Part shown: positions 51,236 to 62,717 of the stretch, in pieces
How positions within the stretch are numbered: the first letter of the stretch is position 1
Layout: the number at the start of each line of letters is the position of its first letter
Assembly: GCF_006345805.1 (NCBI RefSeq)
Contig: NC_043000.1
Location: 110,174,001-110,238,000 of the forward strand
Direction of reading: 5' to 3'
Source: Octopus sinensis
Taxonomy: Eukaryota
DNA length: 64,000 bases
Notes under the pieces: model-generated
Database searches by the model: none
The model's input: only the letters and a program-made list of their open reading frames with translations
What the model was told of the DNA's origin: nothing
Made by a program: the position numbers and the translations under genes

Positions 51236-51479
51236 TAATCTCTAATACGAGCCCACTCTAAGCTACTAAGAATGCGTGTGGCAACTTGAAGATCCACCCA
51301 CCACACGCGATAGACTGATGGTTGCACGAGCGTGAAAGCTACGTTGTTATCCTCATTCTGTAAACAGTGGCTTTTAATGGGTGGAGAGCTGAACCATCCT
51401 GGGGTACAGAGGATTCGCAATCTAGACTAGGGTCTGAAAGTTTACCACACCATAGTGGGTTACACCATGGCTCCTCTGC

Positions 51480-51682
51480 TTTGTGACAGAAGTAGGAAGA
51501 AAGAGTGAGAGAAAGTTGTGGTGAAAGAGTACAGCAGGATTCACCACCCTCCCCTGCCAGAGCCTCATGGATCTTAGGTGTTTTTGCTCAATAAACACTC
51601 ACAATGCCCGGTCTGGGAATTGAAACCGTGTTCTTACGACCGTGAGTCCACTGCCCTAACCACTGGGCCATTGCGCCTCCTT
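51480..51682 (-). mobile_element. SINE family D copy
   Basis: GGAGGCGCAATGGCCCAGTGGTTAGGGCAG..GGTTTCAATTCCC..CTCTTTCACCACAACTTTCTCTCACTC. Confidence 0.8.
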
Positions 51683-51847
51683 CAGTTATTGTTGCTTCAG
51701 CTGTTGCTCTTGCAGTTGTAGTCCTTTCAGTTGCTGTTTTTGCAACTCAAGCAAACCTGCAAACAAGTTTTCCATAATATTACGAGTTTTTTCCCTAAAA
51801 TTTGCACAACAAAACTTATGAATCATTTACTGCGAAGGAGAAATTAA

Positions 51848-52150
51848 ATCATCATCATCATCGTTTAACATCTGTTTTCCGTGCTAGCACGGGTTGGACG
51901 GTTCGACCAGGGTCTGGGAAACCAGGAGGCTGCACCAGGCTCCAGTCTGATCTGGCAGTGTTTCTACAGCTGGATGCCCTTCCTAACGCCAACCACTCCA
52001 TGAGTGTAGTGGGCACTTTTTACATGCCACCAGCACAGGTGCCAGGCAAGGCTGGCAAAGGCCACGATCGCTTGCTGCTTTTTACGTGCCACCGGCACAG
52101 GTATCACAACAACAATTTCCATTTGATATTTATTGTTGATGTACTTGACG
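51848..52150 (-). mobile_element. RTE 3'-UTR copy
   Basis: Tail, core and repeat units. Confidence 0.85.
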
Positions 52151-52529
52151 CATTTAATAATAATGAAATTATTGTTTACCTGTCCAACATTTTATTTCCC
52201 TTGCTCCACTATCTACTATATCATCATTTCATTTGAATGTGGCAATAGAGCTGCCGGAATGCATTTTAATGTTAATGACGCCAATGTTCAAAATTGGCAC
52301 AAACAGTATGAGCAACTAAAAACTGTGCCTTGTAATAAACATGCCAAAAGGGGTAAATCTGCAAAATTCCCTGAGTTAGAGACTGAACTTTATCATTTGA
52401 TATGTAACAAATGTGATGAAGGTTTTTGGAGATAAGATTACTTGCTGGTCAGTTATTTAAGACCAAATATAGTGCTGATAGTGTGGACTTTAAAGCTTGG
52501 TTAAACTGGTGTTACCGTTTTATGAACCA

Positions 52530-53042
52530 CTAGCAGTATCGCCCGGCGTTGCTCGGGTTTGTAAGGGAAATAACTATATAAGCATTTTTAGAGAGTTACT
52601 TCCCTTATAGATGCCAATTCGGGCTTTCTTAGCCATTTCTGTTTTGGTGTCTTCAAGCCATGAAGTCGTTGTTCTAAAAGAACGCTGGTCTCCTTGACAA
52701 CGCTTTACTGCGTTGATTTCCTTACACTCCCTTCCCCACAGCTTCACGAGGGAGGGAAGAAGGGGGAGAAGCAAACAGGTGCAGGTGTGACCATAGACGC
52801 CAACTCCGCCGCCATCGACACACGAAAAATTATGCATTAAAATGGAATAAAAAATGATGTTAAATTATTTTTAAAATCGTAGACTCATCGTAGACGCGCG
52901 CTAATACTCAGACAGGCTCGATATGAATCATGACTATAAGATACCCGAATTTGGTTAAACTGCACTGCAAAATGTGGGAGTAGTTAGGAATTTAAATCGA
53001 AGGGGACAGACACTCACACAACTACAGTTTTATATATATAGA
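52530..53042 (-). mobile_element. non-autonomous Helitron inserted in the pogo ORF
   Basis: A|TCTATATATATAAAA ... CCCGAGCAACGCCGGG..CTAG|T; removal restores ATG AAC CA|T GAT in frame; no TSD. Confidence 0.9.
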
Positions 53043-53149
53043 TGATTATGACTTAAGTGTACAACGTAGAACAACAATTGTGCAAAAACTTCCAGAAGAT
53101 TACGAAGAATAGTTGACAAACTTTCAGAGTTATATTATCAAAGTTAGAA

Positions 53150-53363
53150 GAAAATATATTCTTTTCTACTCTGGGCACATGGCGCAAAATTTTGGGGGAG
53201 GGGGCCAGTTGATTAGATCAACCCAGTACAAAACTGGTACTTAAATTATTGACCCTGAAAGGATGAAAGGCAAAACTGACCTTGGCAGAATTTGAACTCA
53301 GAATATAAAGACAGATGAAATACCGCTAAGCATTTCATCCTGTGTGCTAATGTTTCTGCCAGA
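53150..53363 (-). mobile_element. SINE A variant inserted in the pogo ORF
   Basis: Family core, flanked by AGAAA(A)TATA repeats. Confidence 0.8.
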
Positions 53364-53834
53364 AATATAATATTGAACCATCATGCATTGGGAATGCAGA
53401 CCAAATGTTGTTAACATTTGATTTGCCGCATGACACCACAGTAACACGTATTAATGAAAAATCAGTTAAAAAAGCACAATCAGAAATGAAAAGATTTACT
53501 GTGATGCTTGGGAGATGGAAGAAAATTGCCACCAGATGTCATCTTGAAAAGAAAGACATTGCCAAAGTTAACCTTTCGAAAAGGCATAATCATTAGAGTC
53601 CATGAAAAAGGCTACTTTAACTGCAGAATCAAATAGTCAATCAGAGTTTTTGACACCGGCCAAATTCACGTGAAACAAACAAACTGCTTTGGTGAGATAT
53701 TCCTGTTTTGGGGAGCCTGGGATATGGCATTTCCTTTTAGCATCCTAATGAGTTTTCTCTTTCATTCACTGTAATTTGGAATCATAGTCCTCTTTGCATT
53801 TGTTCATCATGATAGCAAGTGCTTGTTTTTCTGG

Positions 53835-54222
53835 TATAGAGTGGCTGTGTGGTAAGTAACTTGCTTACCAACCACATGGTTCCGGGTTCAGTCCCACAGT
53901 GTGACACCTTGGGCAAGTGTCTTCTACTATAGCCTCGGGCCAACCAAAGCCTTGTGAGTGGATTTGGTAGACGAAAACTGAAAGAAGCCTGTCGTATATG
54001 TGTATGTGCATGTATATGTTTGTGTGTCTGTGTTCCTCCCCCAACATCGCTTGACAACCGATGCTGGTGTGTTTATGTCCCCGTCACTTAGCGGTTCGGC
54101 AAAAAGAGACTGATAGAATAAGTACTAGGTTTACAAAGAATAAGTCCTGGGGTCGATTTGCTCGACTAAAGGCGGTGCTCCAGCATGGCTGCAGTCAAAT
54201 GACTGAAACAAGTAAAAGAGTA
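53835..54222 (+). mobile_element. SINE family B
   Basis: Full copy. Confidence 0.9.
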
Positions 54223-54699
54223 TACGTCACACCACGAAATACTCTTTTCTCTGCCATGATGGTTATCAAAAAAAAGTTCAAAGAGAAATTACTTGAGTCA
54301 TGTTGATGGTGTTAAATCCTTATTTCGTAAAAAGCTTGTCCTGTAAGGATAAACAGTTTGTCATTGAAGTTCTTAGTTTGCAGGGGATTTGTGTTGGGGT
54401 GATTGGTAGAGAAACTGAAAATGAAGATTTATTGACTACAGTGTGGAGTAGTAGTAAACTCACGTGTGTTACAAACTGGGGCAGTTGCCCTGTGTCAAAT
54501 TCTTTATAAACTCTGGCTGGTTGTTAAGCATATTTTCTGACAGCAAATTCTTTGTTTTCTCTGTGTCCTGAAACAGGTGTGTTGTGTCTCAAAATGATTG
54601 ATCTTCTTAGGGTTGAAGGTTATCAATGTCCTAAAATGTTGAAGGTTCACCCACATGAACCTTGACTACATATACTGTAGATAAATATTTTTCTTCCAT

Positions 54700-54915
54700 C
54701 AAGGTGGCGAGCTGGCAGAAACATTAGCATGCCGGGCGAAATGCATAGCTGTATTTTGTGTGCCGTTACGTTCTGAGTTCAAATTCTGCCTAGGTCGACT
54801 TAGCCTTTCATCATTTCGGGGTCGATTAAATAAGTACCAGTTACGCACTGGGGTCGATGTAATTGACTTAAACCGTTTGTCCTCTCTGTGATTAGCCCCT
54901 TGTGGGTAGTAAAAA
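54700..54915 (+). mobile_element. SINE family A
   Basis: Full copy. Confidence 0.9.
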
Positions 54916-55409
54916 AAAAATATTTTTTTTCCATGTGATATGAAAACAAATAGAACCCTCCAGATTTTATTTCCATTCCTGTCAACTGTTTTTTTTTTTT
55001 TTAGTCATGCTGATTCACAATTTGTGTCAGTCAAAATAATAATGAATTCCCCAGTGTTTGTTGTTTTGTACTAGTAATAGGAGTCAGTTTAATCAACTTT
55101 TGGACAACATGCCTTACAACATAGAGTCATGGCCCATTATGTTCTGAGTTCAAACCTGCTGAGATTAGCTTTACCTTTCAACCCAATGGGGTTGTTAAAA
55201 TAAAGCACCAATAATGTACCGGGCCACTTTAATCCACTTGTCTCTCCCCATGAATTTTTAGCCTCGTGCCTAAATGAGAAATCATCATTTAAAATTTTCT
55301 AGGCTGTCACCCTTGATTTTTTTCCAAAACCAGAATTAGTTATTTAGTTTATAAATCCTATTTATTTTATAACATATAGTTTTACTTGTAATGTTCTTTT
55401 TTGTCATAT

Positions 55410-55795
55410 ACTCTTTTACTTGTTTCAGTCATTTGACTGCGGCCATGCTGGAGCACCACCTTTAGTCGAGCAAATCAACCCCAGGACTTATTCTTTGTAA
55501 GCCTAGTACTTATTCTATTGGTCTCTTTTGCTGAACCGCTAAGTTATGGGGACGTAAACACACCAGCATCAGTTGTCAATCGATGTTGGGGGGACAAACA
55601 CAGACACACAAACACACATATATATATATATATGACGGGCTTCTTTCAGTTTCTGTCTACCAAATCCACTCACAAGGCTTTGGTCGGCCCGAGGCTATAG
55701 TAGAAGACACTTGCCCAAGGTGCCTCGCAGTGGGACCGAACCCGGAACAATGTGGTTGGGAAGCAAGCTATTTACAACACAGCCATTCCTGCGCC
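55410..55795 (-). mobile_element. SINE family B
   Basis: Full copy. Confidence 0.9.
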
Positions 55796-56165
55796 TATAT
55801 AATGTTTTTAACGTAAAATAAAATTATTATTAGATTTTCCAACTGTTGTAACAATATGAATAGCTTACAATGAAATCTTAACGGAGATAGATTAGCAAAA
55901 TTTAATAAGTGGGGAGGATTGAAACAAAAGCGCGGGGGGGGGGGGATAAAAGGGGGTGGTGGCAAAAATCTGAAAAATTAAGATATGTAGGGAGGGACGA
56001 TTATTGAAGACCCAAGGGTACCTCCTAGAGTCTCCAGGGAACTTGATTGTTTTATATCTGAGAAACCATTATGGTATAGCCCAACATGCTTACCAGACAC
56101 ACACACATGCAAGCATGCGCACACATACACATGCACGCATACCCACACACACACGTGCGAGTCAC

Positions 56166-56259
56166 CTGCTATGGTAATGAGGTCACAGTCACTTGTTATC
56201 AAAATAGGTTGCAAGACTTTTGATGCATATTCAGAGATAAATGCCACTGTATTGGCCAT
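56166..56259 (-). CDS. candidate coding exon MANTVAFISEYASKVLQPILITSDCDLITIA(G), product unknown
   Basis: aagtcATGG start, non-repetitive frame, CAG|GTGACT donor followed by a (GT)n tract. Confidence 0.25.
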
Positions 56260-56369
56260 GACTTGTCTCGTTTAAATTATCTTCGTATTTACTCTGACAA
56301 CCTTAATTACTTCAACACCCTTGCCCTACCAACAACACATCTCCTCTGCCCACTCCATCATTGCATTCT

Positions 56370-56625
56370 AGCCAGAAGAATTTGTACGTGTATTGGCAAG
56401 TAAAAAGCACCAACCGATCGTGGCCGCTGCCAACCTCCCCTGGCACGTAAAAAGCACCTACTACACTCACGGGGTGGTTGGCGTTAGGAAGGGCATCCAG
56501 CTGTAGAAGCATTGCCAGATCAGATTGGAGCCTGGTGCAGCCTCCTGGCTTCCCAGACCCCGGTTGAACTGTCCAACCCATGCCAGCATTGAAAACGGAC
56601 GTTAAACGATTATGATGATGATGAT
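56370..56625 (+). mobile_element. RTE 3'-UTR copy
   Basis: Core plus tail. Confidence 0.85.
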
Positions 56626-57018
56626 TATCATTATTACGACTTTGCTTCATTCCAGCAGCTCTTTAATTCAGCCCAAAGCTACCTTTTAGTGTACCAACTT
56701 TGATGGTGGCATCCTTTAAATCTTGAACCTGACAGACAGAGGGATGGCATTTCTATTGATGGGTGGGTAGCTTGGGTATGTGACATTTTGGCCCAGATGT
56801 TTTGGTACTCATTCAAATGACATCACATGGTTTCATGTTTCGATCTCTCACCTCACATTCTCTCTTTGTTTTTATGTGTGAACGTCTTGTTAATTATATG
56901 CAATGTTTCTCTCTCTCTCTCTCCTCCCTCCCTCTCTCTCTCTGTATGTCTATATTTCTGTGTGTGTGTGTGTGTCTCCAATATCAAAAAGTATTGTCAC
57001 CAAAAGCAGACAGAATGT

Positions 57019-57133
57019 CCAGTCAGCCAAATCAATTTCTCTCATTCCAGTCAGCCGTGTCAATTTGTCTCATTCCGGTCAGCCAGATCAATTTCTCTCA
57101 TTCCGGTCAGCCATACCAATTTCTCATTCCAGG
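57019..57133. repeat. 28-bp minisatellite, four units
   Basis: GTCAGCC(AGA)TCAATTT(C)TCTCATTCC(G/A), period 28. Confidence 0.9.
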
Positions 57134-57454
57134 TTTGCTTGGTAATCGTTTTCTATATCAGAAAGAAACAAGATCTATGCAATCATTTGGCAGCAATCAG
57201 AGGGCTCTGACATACAGCCAGATGTTTCCATAGTAATTAATTACAAATTACTAACAATCATTAATGACTGATCAGGCTGGGGCAGAAGCAGATGTCCCTT
57301 TCTACCAACCCCACACTTCAAGCAAAACGGGCTGCATGTCAAAATTATCAAAGAATGCATAAATACATATGAAAATGTGTGCATGTGTGTGTGTCCAAAA
57401 TGTATACATACATTAATAATTATAAAGTCTGCGTTTATTGAAATACTTTCCATT

Positions 57455-57665
57455 TTTAGCCTCCTCTGGCACCTGTGCCGGTGGCATGTAAAAAGCACCA
57501 CTACACTCATGGAGTGGTTGGTGTTAGGAAGGGCATCCAGCTGTAGAAACACTGCCAGATCAAGATTGGAGCCTGGTGCAGCCTCCTGGCTTCCCAGACC
57601 CCAGTGGAACTGTCCAACCCATGCTAGCACAAAAAACGGACATTAAACAATGATGATGATGATGA
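57455..57665 (+). mobile_element. RTE 3'-UTR copy
   Basis: Core plus (GAT)n tail. Confidence 0.85.
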
Positions 57666-58071
57666 GTAGAATCTACAGAGAGAATATATCTATTTCTTTT
57701 AATGAATGCCTCTTTTCAAACTGATGACCATTCTGGTCCAGGCACTTTGCATATTCATAGCAATGAAATTGCAGACATCAAGAAATATTTTGTTTGGTAT
57801 TTGTGTGCTTTCTTGCTCGGTGGTTGCCCTCGGTTCAACTGCAGCTGGTTTTGCAGCATAAGCTTTATCATTTAAGTATCCCCATAAGAAAATGTCTACG
57901 AGAGTGAGATTCAGTGAATGTAGAGAATATTATACTAAACCTTTTTGCTGTAAGTATTTGGTAAAATCCCATTAAGGTAGGCCCTTGCATTATGTGGAGC
58001 TGCCCTATTTTGCTGGAAATAAAACTACACCTTCAAAGTCCACTTGAATGCTATATTATTGCAGCTATATA

Positions 58072-58292
58072 AAGGTGGCAAGCTGGCAGAAACGTTAGAG
58101 TGCTGGGTGAAATGCTTAGCAGTATTTCATCTGTTGTTACATTCTGAGTTCAAATTCCACCGAGGTCGACTTTGCCTTTCATCCTTTCGGGGGTCGATAA
58201 ATAAAGTACCAGTTTCGCACTGGGGTCGATGAAATCGACTTAATCCCTTTGTCTGTCCCCTCTATGTTTAGCCCCTTGTGGGCAGTAAAGAA
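58072..58292 (+). mobile_element. SINE family A
   Basis: Full copy. Confidence 0.9.
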
Positions 58293-58294
58293 AT

Positions 58295-59030
58295 ATATAT
58301 TGTTGCAGCTTTTCAAGTAAATGGAACCAGTCACAGTACCATTAAAAACAAAATGGATCAATATTAATCCTTTTGATGATAAGCTGTACCATAATGTAAC
58401 TCTTGGTGAATTGATGTGATGTTCCTCTGTAATGTGTGAATTTTCAGGTCCCCATGATGTGCAGTCGTGGAAGTTAATTGAGACCTTGAATTTAAACTTA
58501 GCCTTATTACCCCAAATAATCTTTGTTGGAAAGTGTGCATCGTGTACACATCTTTCCAAGTACCATTTCCAAAACACTACTCTTTGATCTGGATCATCTT
58601 CATTGAGAACATGGACTATTCTTGGAATGGAACTATCCCAATGATAGCACTTTAAAATGCAACGGACCCTTAATTTTGAAATCCCTACATCCAGACTTGC
58701 TTACTGCACAGATTTCTTGAATCCTGGAATAACATTTCAAGTACCCTTTCTTACTTTGTGGGGCTTGTCCAATGTCCATAGTCTTCTGGAACATTTCTTG
58801 TGGACATTCTGAACGGTTCCAATCTCTAATTCAGGTGATGATGAACAACATCGGTGGATCCGTTGGAACTCCATCCTAAACTGTCTTTGCACTTTGACTG
58901 CATTTTCAAACTTTCAACAGAATCTTATGGTAAATTTCCTTTCTTCAAAGTTCAATCTGGCTCCCTTATTTCCAATGAGTTAAATCTAAAAGGAAATGAG
59001 AGTGTAAACACATTTTGGGGACACACGCTG
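58295..59030 (-). pseudogene. Tc1/mariner-superfamily transposase 5' fragment (DUF4817-type N-terminus)
   Basis: ENAVKVQRQFRMEF..DDPDQRVVFWKWYL..IIW..FVFNGTVTGSIYL; TIR-like CAGCGTGTGTCCCCAAAA near 59030. Confidence 0.75.
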
Positions 59031-59305
59031 TGCATGGCTGTGTGGTAAGCAGTTTGTTTTCCTAACTATATGCTTCTGGGTTCAGTGTCTTCTACTCTGT
59101 GTATCTATTTTTGCCCCCCCCCCCACTACTGATGGACAACTGGTGTTGGTGTGTTTATGTCCCTGTAACTTAGCAGTTTGGCAAAAGTGACTGATAGAAT
59201 AAGTACCAGACTTAGAAAATAAATACTGAGTCTATTCATTTGACCAAAATTCTTCAAGGTGGTGCTCCAGCATGGCCAGTCTAAAGACTGAAACAAGTAA
59301 AAGAA
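59031..59305 (+). mobile_element. SINE family B (deleted)
   Basis: Head GGCTGTGTGGTAAG and tail GAAACAAGTAAAAGA. Confidence 0.75.
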
Positions 59306-59708
59306 TATATATATATGTATTTATGTATGTATATATATATTTTTTAGAGATAGAATTATCTCTCTATATAGGGCACAATGAAATGACCGTCGGATATAAA
59401 CTTCTGGATTTTAAACTTTTACATGGATTTACAATTTTCTCTTCACTCGGATTTTAAGTGAATTAGAAACCCCCATAGATTTACAATATCTTTTATGTTT
59501 TAATATCGTTTTTAAAAAGTAAGGATTATATTTTTGTATATTCTTAACATATTTATATATATCTATATTCTTTTACTTGTTTCAGTAATTTGACTGTGGC
59601 CATGCTGGAGCACTGCCTTTAGTTGAACAAATCAATTCCAGGACTTATTCTTTGTATGCCTAGTACTTATTTACATTTGACGGATATTTGTCCTCATCTT
59701 GTTTGTTG

Positions 59709-59751
59709 TTAACGTTTCAGCTGATATACCCTCCAGCCTTCATCAGGTGTC
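59709..59751 (-). ncRNA. hammerhead core (family 1, left arm)
   Basis: GACAC-CUGAUGA-A-GGCUG(GAGGGUAUAU)CAGCU-GAAAC-GUU; 3' strand of stem I missing. Confidence 0.65.
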
Positions 59752-60169
59752 TTGGGGAAATTTCGAACCTGGGTTCTCATTCCTAAGGTATTTTTCAATG
59801 TTATTATTATTATTCAGGTCACTGCTTGGAATCGAACTCGGAATATTGGGGTTAGTAACCCACACTCTTAACCACTACACCATATGCCTGTGGGCATATG
59901 GTGTAGTGGCTACTAATCCCAAGATTCTGAGTTTGATTCCAGGCAGTGACCTGAATAATACTCTTTTACTCTTTACTCTTTTACTTGTTTCAGTCATTTG
60001 ACTTGCGGCCATGCTGGAGCACCACCTTTAATCGAGCAACTCGACCCCGGGACTTATTCTTTGTAAGCCCAGTACTTATTCTATCGGTCTCTTTTGCCGA
60101 ACCGCTAATAATAATAATAACATAGAAAAATACCTTAGGAATGAGAACCCAGGTTCGAAATTTCCCCAA

Positions 60170-60210
60170 GACACCTGATGAAGGCTAGAGAGTATATCAG
60201 CCGAAACGTT
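60170..60210 (+). ncRNA. hammerhead core (family 1, right arm)
   Basis: CUGAUGA 60175-60181, A, GGCU/AGCC stem, GAAAC 60203-60207, GUU; 3' strand of stem I missing. Confidence 0.65.
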
Positions 60211-60616
60211 AACAACAAAGATGAGGACAAATATTTGCCAAATGTAAATAATTCCTCACTTCTTAAGTATAAAAACTGTATAGCCTAGCACTTATTCTAT
60301 TGGTCTTGTTTGTCGAACTGCTAAGTTATAGGGACGTAAACACACCAGCATTGGTTGTCAAGCGATGCTGGGGGCACAGACACAGACACATACACACATA
60401 TGACAGGCTTCTTTCAGTTTCTGTCTACCAAATCCACTCACAAGGCTTTGGTCAGCCTGAGGCTATAGCAGAAGACACTTGCTGAAGGTGCCACACAGTG
60501 GGACTGAACCTGGAACCTAGTGGTTTGTAAGCAAGCTACTTACCAAACAGCCACTCATGCACCTTTACTAGCTGCTAAACCTTTTTTATTTTCTCTCCCT
60601 GTTTATTTCTGTGTTC

Positions 60617-60652
60617 CTTTCTGTCGAAGAGCGTTGGCTCGAAACGTAAAAG
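60617..60652 (+). ncRNA. hammerhead-like motif with U at position 6 (family 3, in a 60575-60745 element)
   Basis: CUUU-CUGUCGA-A-GAGC(GUUG)GCUC-GAAAC-GUA^AAAG. Confidence 0.55.
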
Positions 60653-60890
60653 ACTTTCTCACTTCCAGAGCGTTCAACTAATACATCTGTTTGTTATTTA
60701 CAAACCCGTCTTCATCTTTTGTTTTTTTGTAAATTCTCACTATATATATATCTATATATTTTTAATGTATTTTTAATATATTTTGAGTATTTTTATATAT
60801 CTAGATATTTTTAGCCCATGATTTGGTGCATAGGATTTCACAAAAGAATATATTTTGGTAACCTGTCTTTTGTCTCTCTTCATTGTTTCT

Positions 60891-60942
<52 letters not shown>

Positions 60943-60978
60943 AACACATATACATACGTACAAACATACATATATATG

Positions 60979-61248
60979 TAATTGACAAAATTGTAGTCAA
61001 CAAGAAGGAGTACAGTTGGATATTTATTTTCATTCTCTACAAATGTTTCTATGCAACGTAGTTCTCCAGGTGCGCAGGTGACTTGATTATGCAACTGTTT
61101 CCCTGCATTATGAGATCTAGATGTGTTTCCTCAGGCGATATGTAAATATATGCACACCTGGGGAACTATGTCACATAGAAACAATTGTAGTGATTGAAAA
61201 TAAATGTCCAACCGTGCACCTTCTTGTTGTCTCCCATTTTTCCAATTA
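60979..61248. repeat. foldback with about 97-bp diverged inverted arms
   Basis: 60979-61075 vs 61152-61248; the ORF track shows mirrored peptides CAPGELRCIETF / CTPGELCHIETI. Confidence 0.75.
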
Positions 61249-61372
61249 TTTATTCATGCATGACAGAAGTTCAAATGCAAACCTGGAAGTACGTATAACA
61301 CTGCTACTGGATAACACATCTGAAAGTGGACGAGTTTTATACTGTACTCTACTCTGTACTTAGCAGAAAATA

Positions 61373-62654
61373 TTAGGTTGTCCAGTAGGAAATTTGTAGA
61401 AAAGGAAAAAAATTTTCTAATGTTTTATAAATACAAGAAATAGTTTTATTCATCAAAGTATGCACCCATATTATCTATATACTTTTGCCATTTCAGTGGT
61501 AGCTTGTCTGGTTCAGAACTGTAAAAGCCTGGCAATCTAGAGTCAATAAAATCTTGGAAGGTCTGTTTTATAGCATCGTCGTAATTAAATTTTTGTCCTA
61601 TCAAAAAGTTATCCAAATTCTGGAAGAAGTTGTTGTCAGTGGGGGCAAGATCAGGTGAATATGGTGGATGATGGAGAACTTCCAACTCCGACTCCTGTAG
61701 TTTCGCCAATATCATTTTTGCAATGTGTGATCTGGCATTGTCTTGCAATAAAATAGGAGTGAATCTGTTGACTAATCTAGGCTGTTTTTTTGTAAGTTTC
61801 CGCATCATTTGGTCCAGTTGGCTGCAGTATAGTTTGGCCATGATTGATGAGCCAGGTTTAATGAAATCATAATGGATCACACCTGCGCCAGACCACCAAG
61901 CACACACCAGCTTCTTTTGATGAATTTTGCTTTTTTGGACTGTATTTTGGTGGCTCGTCTTTGTCTAACCATTGTGCTGAACATTTACGGTTGCTGTATT
62001 AGATCCATTTCTCATCACATGTTACAATTCGATTCAGAAATTATTCATTTTTGTGATGAGAAAGTAGCATAATGCAGGCTTCCAAATGTTGTTTCTGATT
62101 TTCATTGAGTTCATGTGAAACCCACTTATCCAACTTTTTCACTTTACCGATTAGAGCTAGGTGAGTCAATATTGTTTGCTTGCTAACACCAAACAACAAC
62201 GATAATTCACGGGCACTTTGAGATGGATCTGACTCAACAGTGGCTTTCAGTTCGTCATTATCCACCTCTGTTTCTGGTCGACAGCGTTGCTCATTTCTGA
62301 GGTCAAAGTTACCAGAACGAAATTTTGCAAACCAATTTGATACTGTCTGCTGTGTAATAACATTAGAATGAAATACTCCATTAATATTCTGAGCTGTCTG
62401 TGATGCTGTATTTCCAAGACAGAATTCATATTTCAAAACTGTATAAATTTCCAACTTATCCCTCTCTAAACAAAAATATCAGAAACGATTTATAAATACT
62501 TTTTGAAGTGCAAAATGAGTTAGAATAAAGAAATAGATGTGTCAGCTTTTTAACAAAAAAAAAAAAAATTGTCAAAATACAATAATGGTGCAAAACGAGC
62601 AGCTGTCAAAGTTTACTGTATATCTTACTACAAATTTCATACTTGATGGCCTAA
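61373..62654 (-). mobile_element. full-length decayed mariner (about 1.28 kb)
   Basis: TA|TTAGG..GAAATTTGTAG TIR-like ends; ORF from 62454 with WVSHEL, TCDEKW, QDNARSH and YSPDLAPTD; stops and frameshifts. Confidence 0.9.
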
Positions 62655-62667
62655 TATCATAACTATA

Positions 62668-62717
<50 letters not shown>

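Larger units (their letters stand above)
52232..53600 (+). pseudogene. pogo/POGK-like transposase, interrupted by a Helitron and a SINE
   Basis: GNRAAGMHFNVNDANVQNW..KFPELE..WCYRFMN|HDYDLSVQRRTTIVQKLPEDYEE..IGNADQ..FDLP..KRFTVML. Confidence 0.8.
59672..60282. mobile_element. head-to-head palindrome of a tRNA-headed, hammerhead-bearing element (family 1)
   Basis: Centre about 59889-59892; each arm is tRNA-like head (TGGTGTAGTGG, GTT(C/T)GATTCC), (AAT)n, hammerhead core, tail; a SINE B fragment is inserted in the right (AAT)n at about 59960-60107. Confidence 0.85.
59565..60560 (-). mobile_element. SINE B split by the palindromic family-1 element
   Basis: Halves 59565-59671 and 60283-60560; duplicated GCCTAG(T/C)ACTTATT at both junctions. 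Confidence 0.8.

Noticed and set aside
48455-51682. Same-orientation repeats flanking the Gypsy fragment as possible LTRs
   Set aside because: They are tRNA-headed SINE D copies lying outside the polypurine-tract/TG boundary
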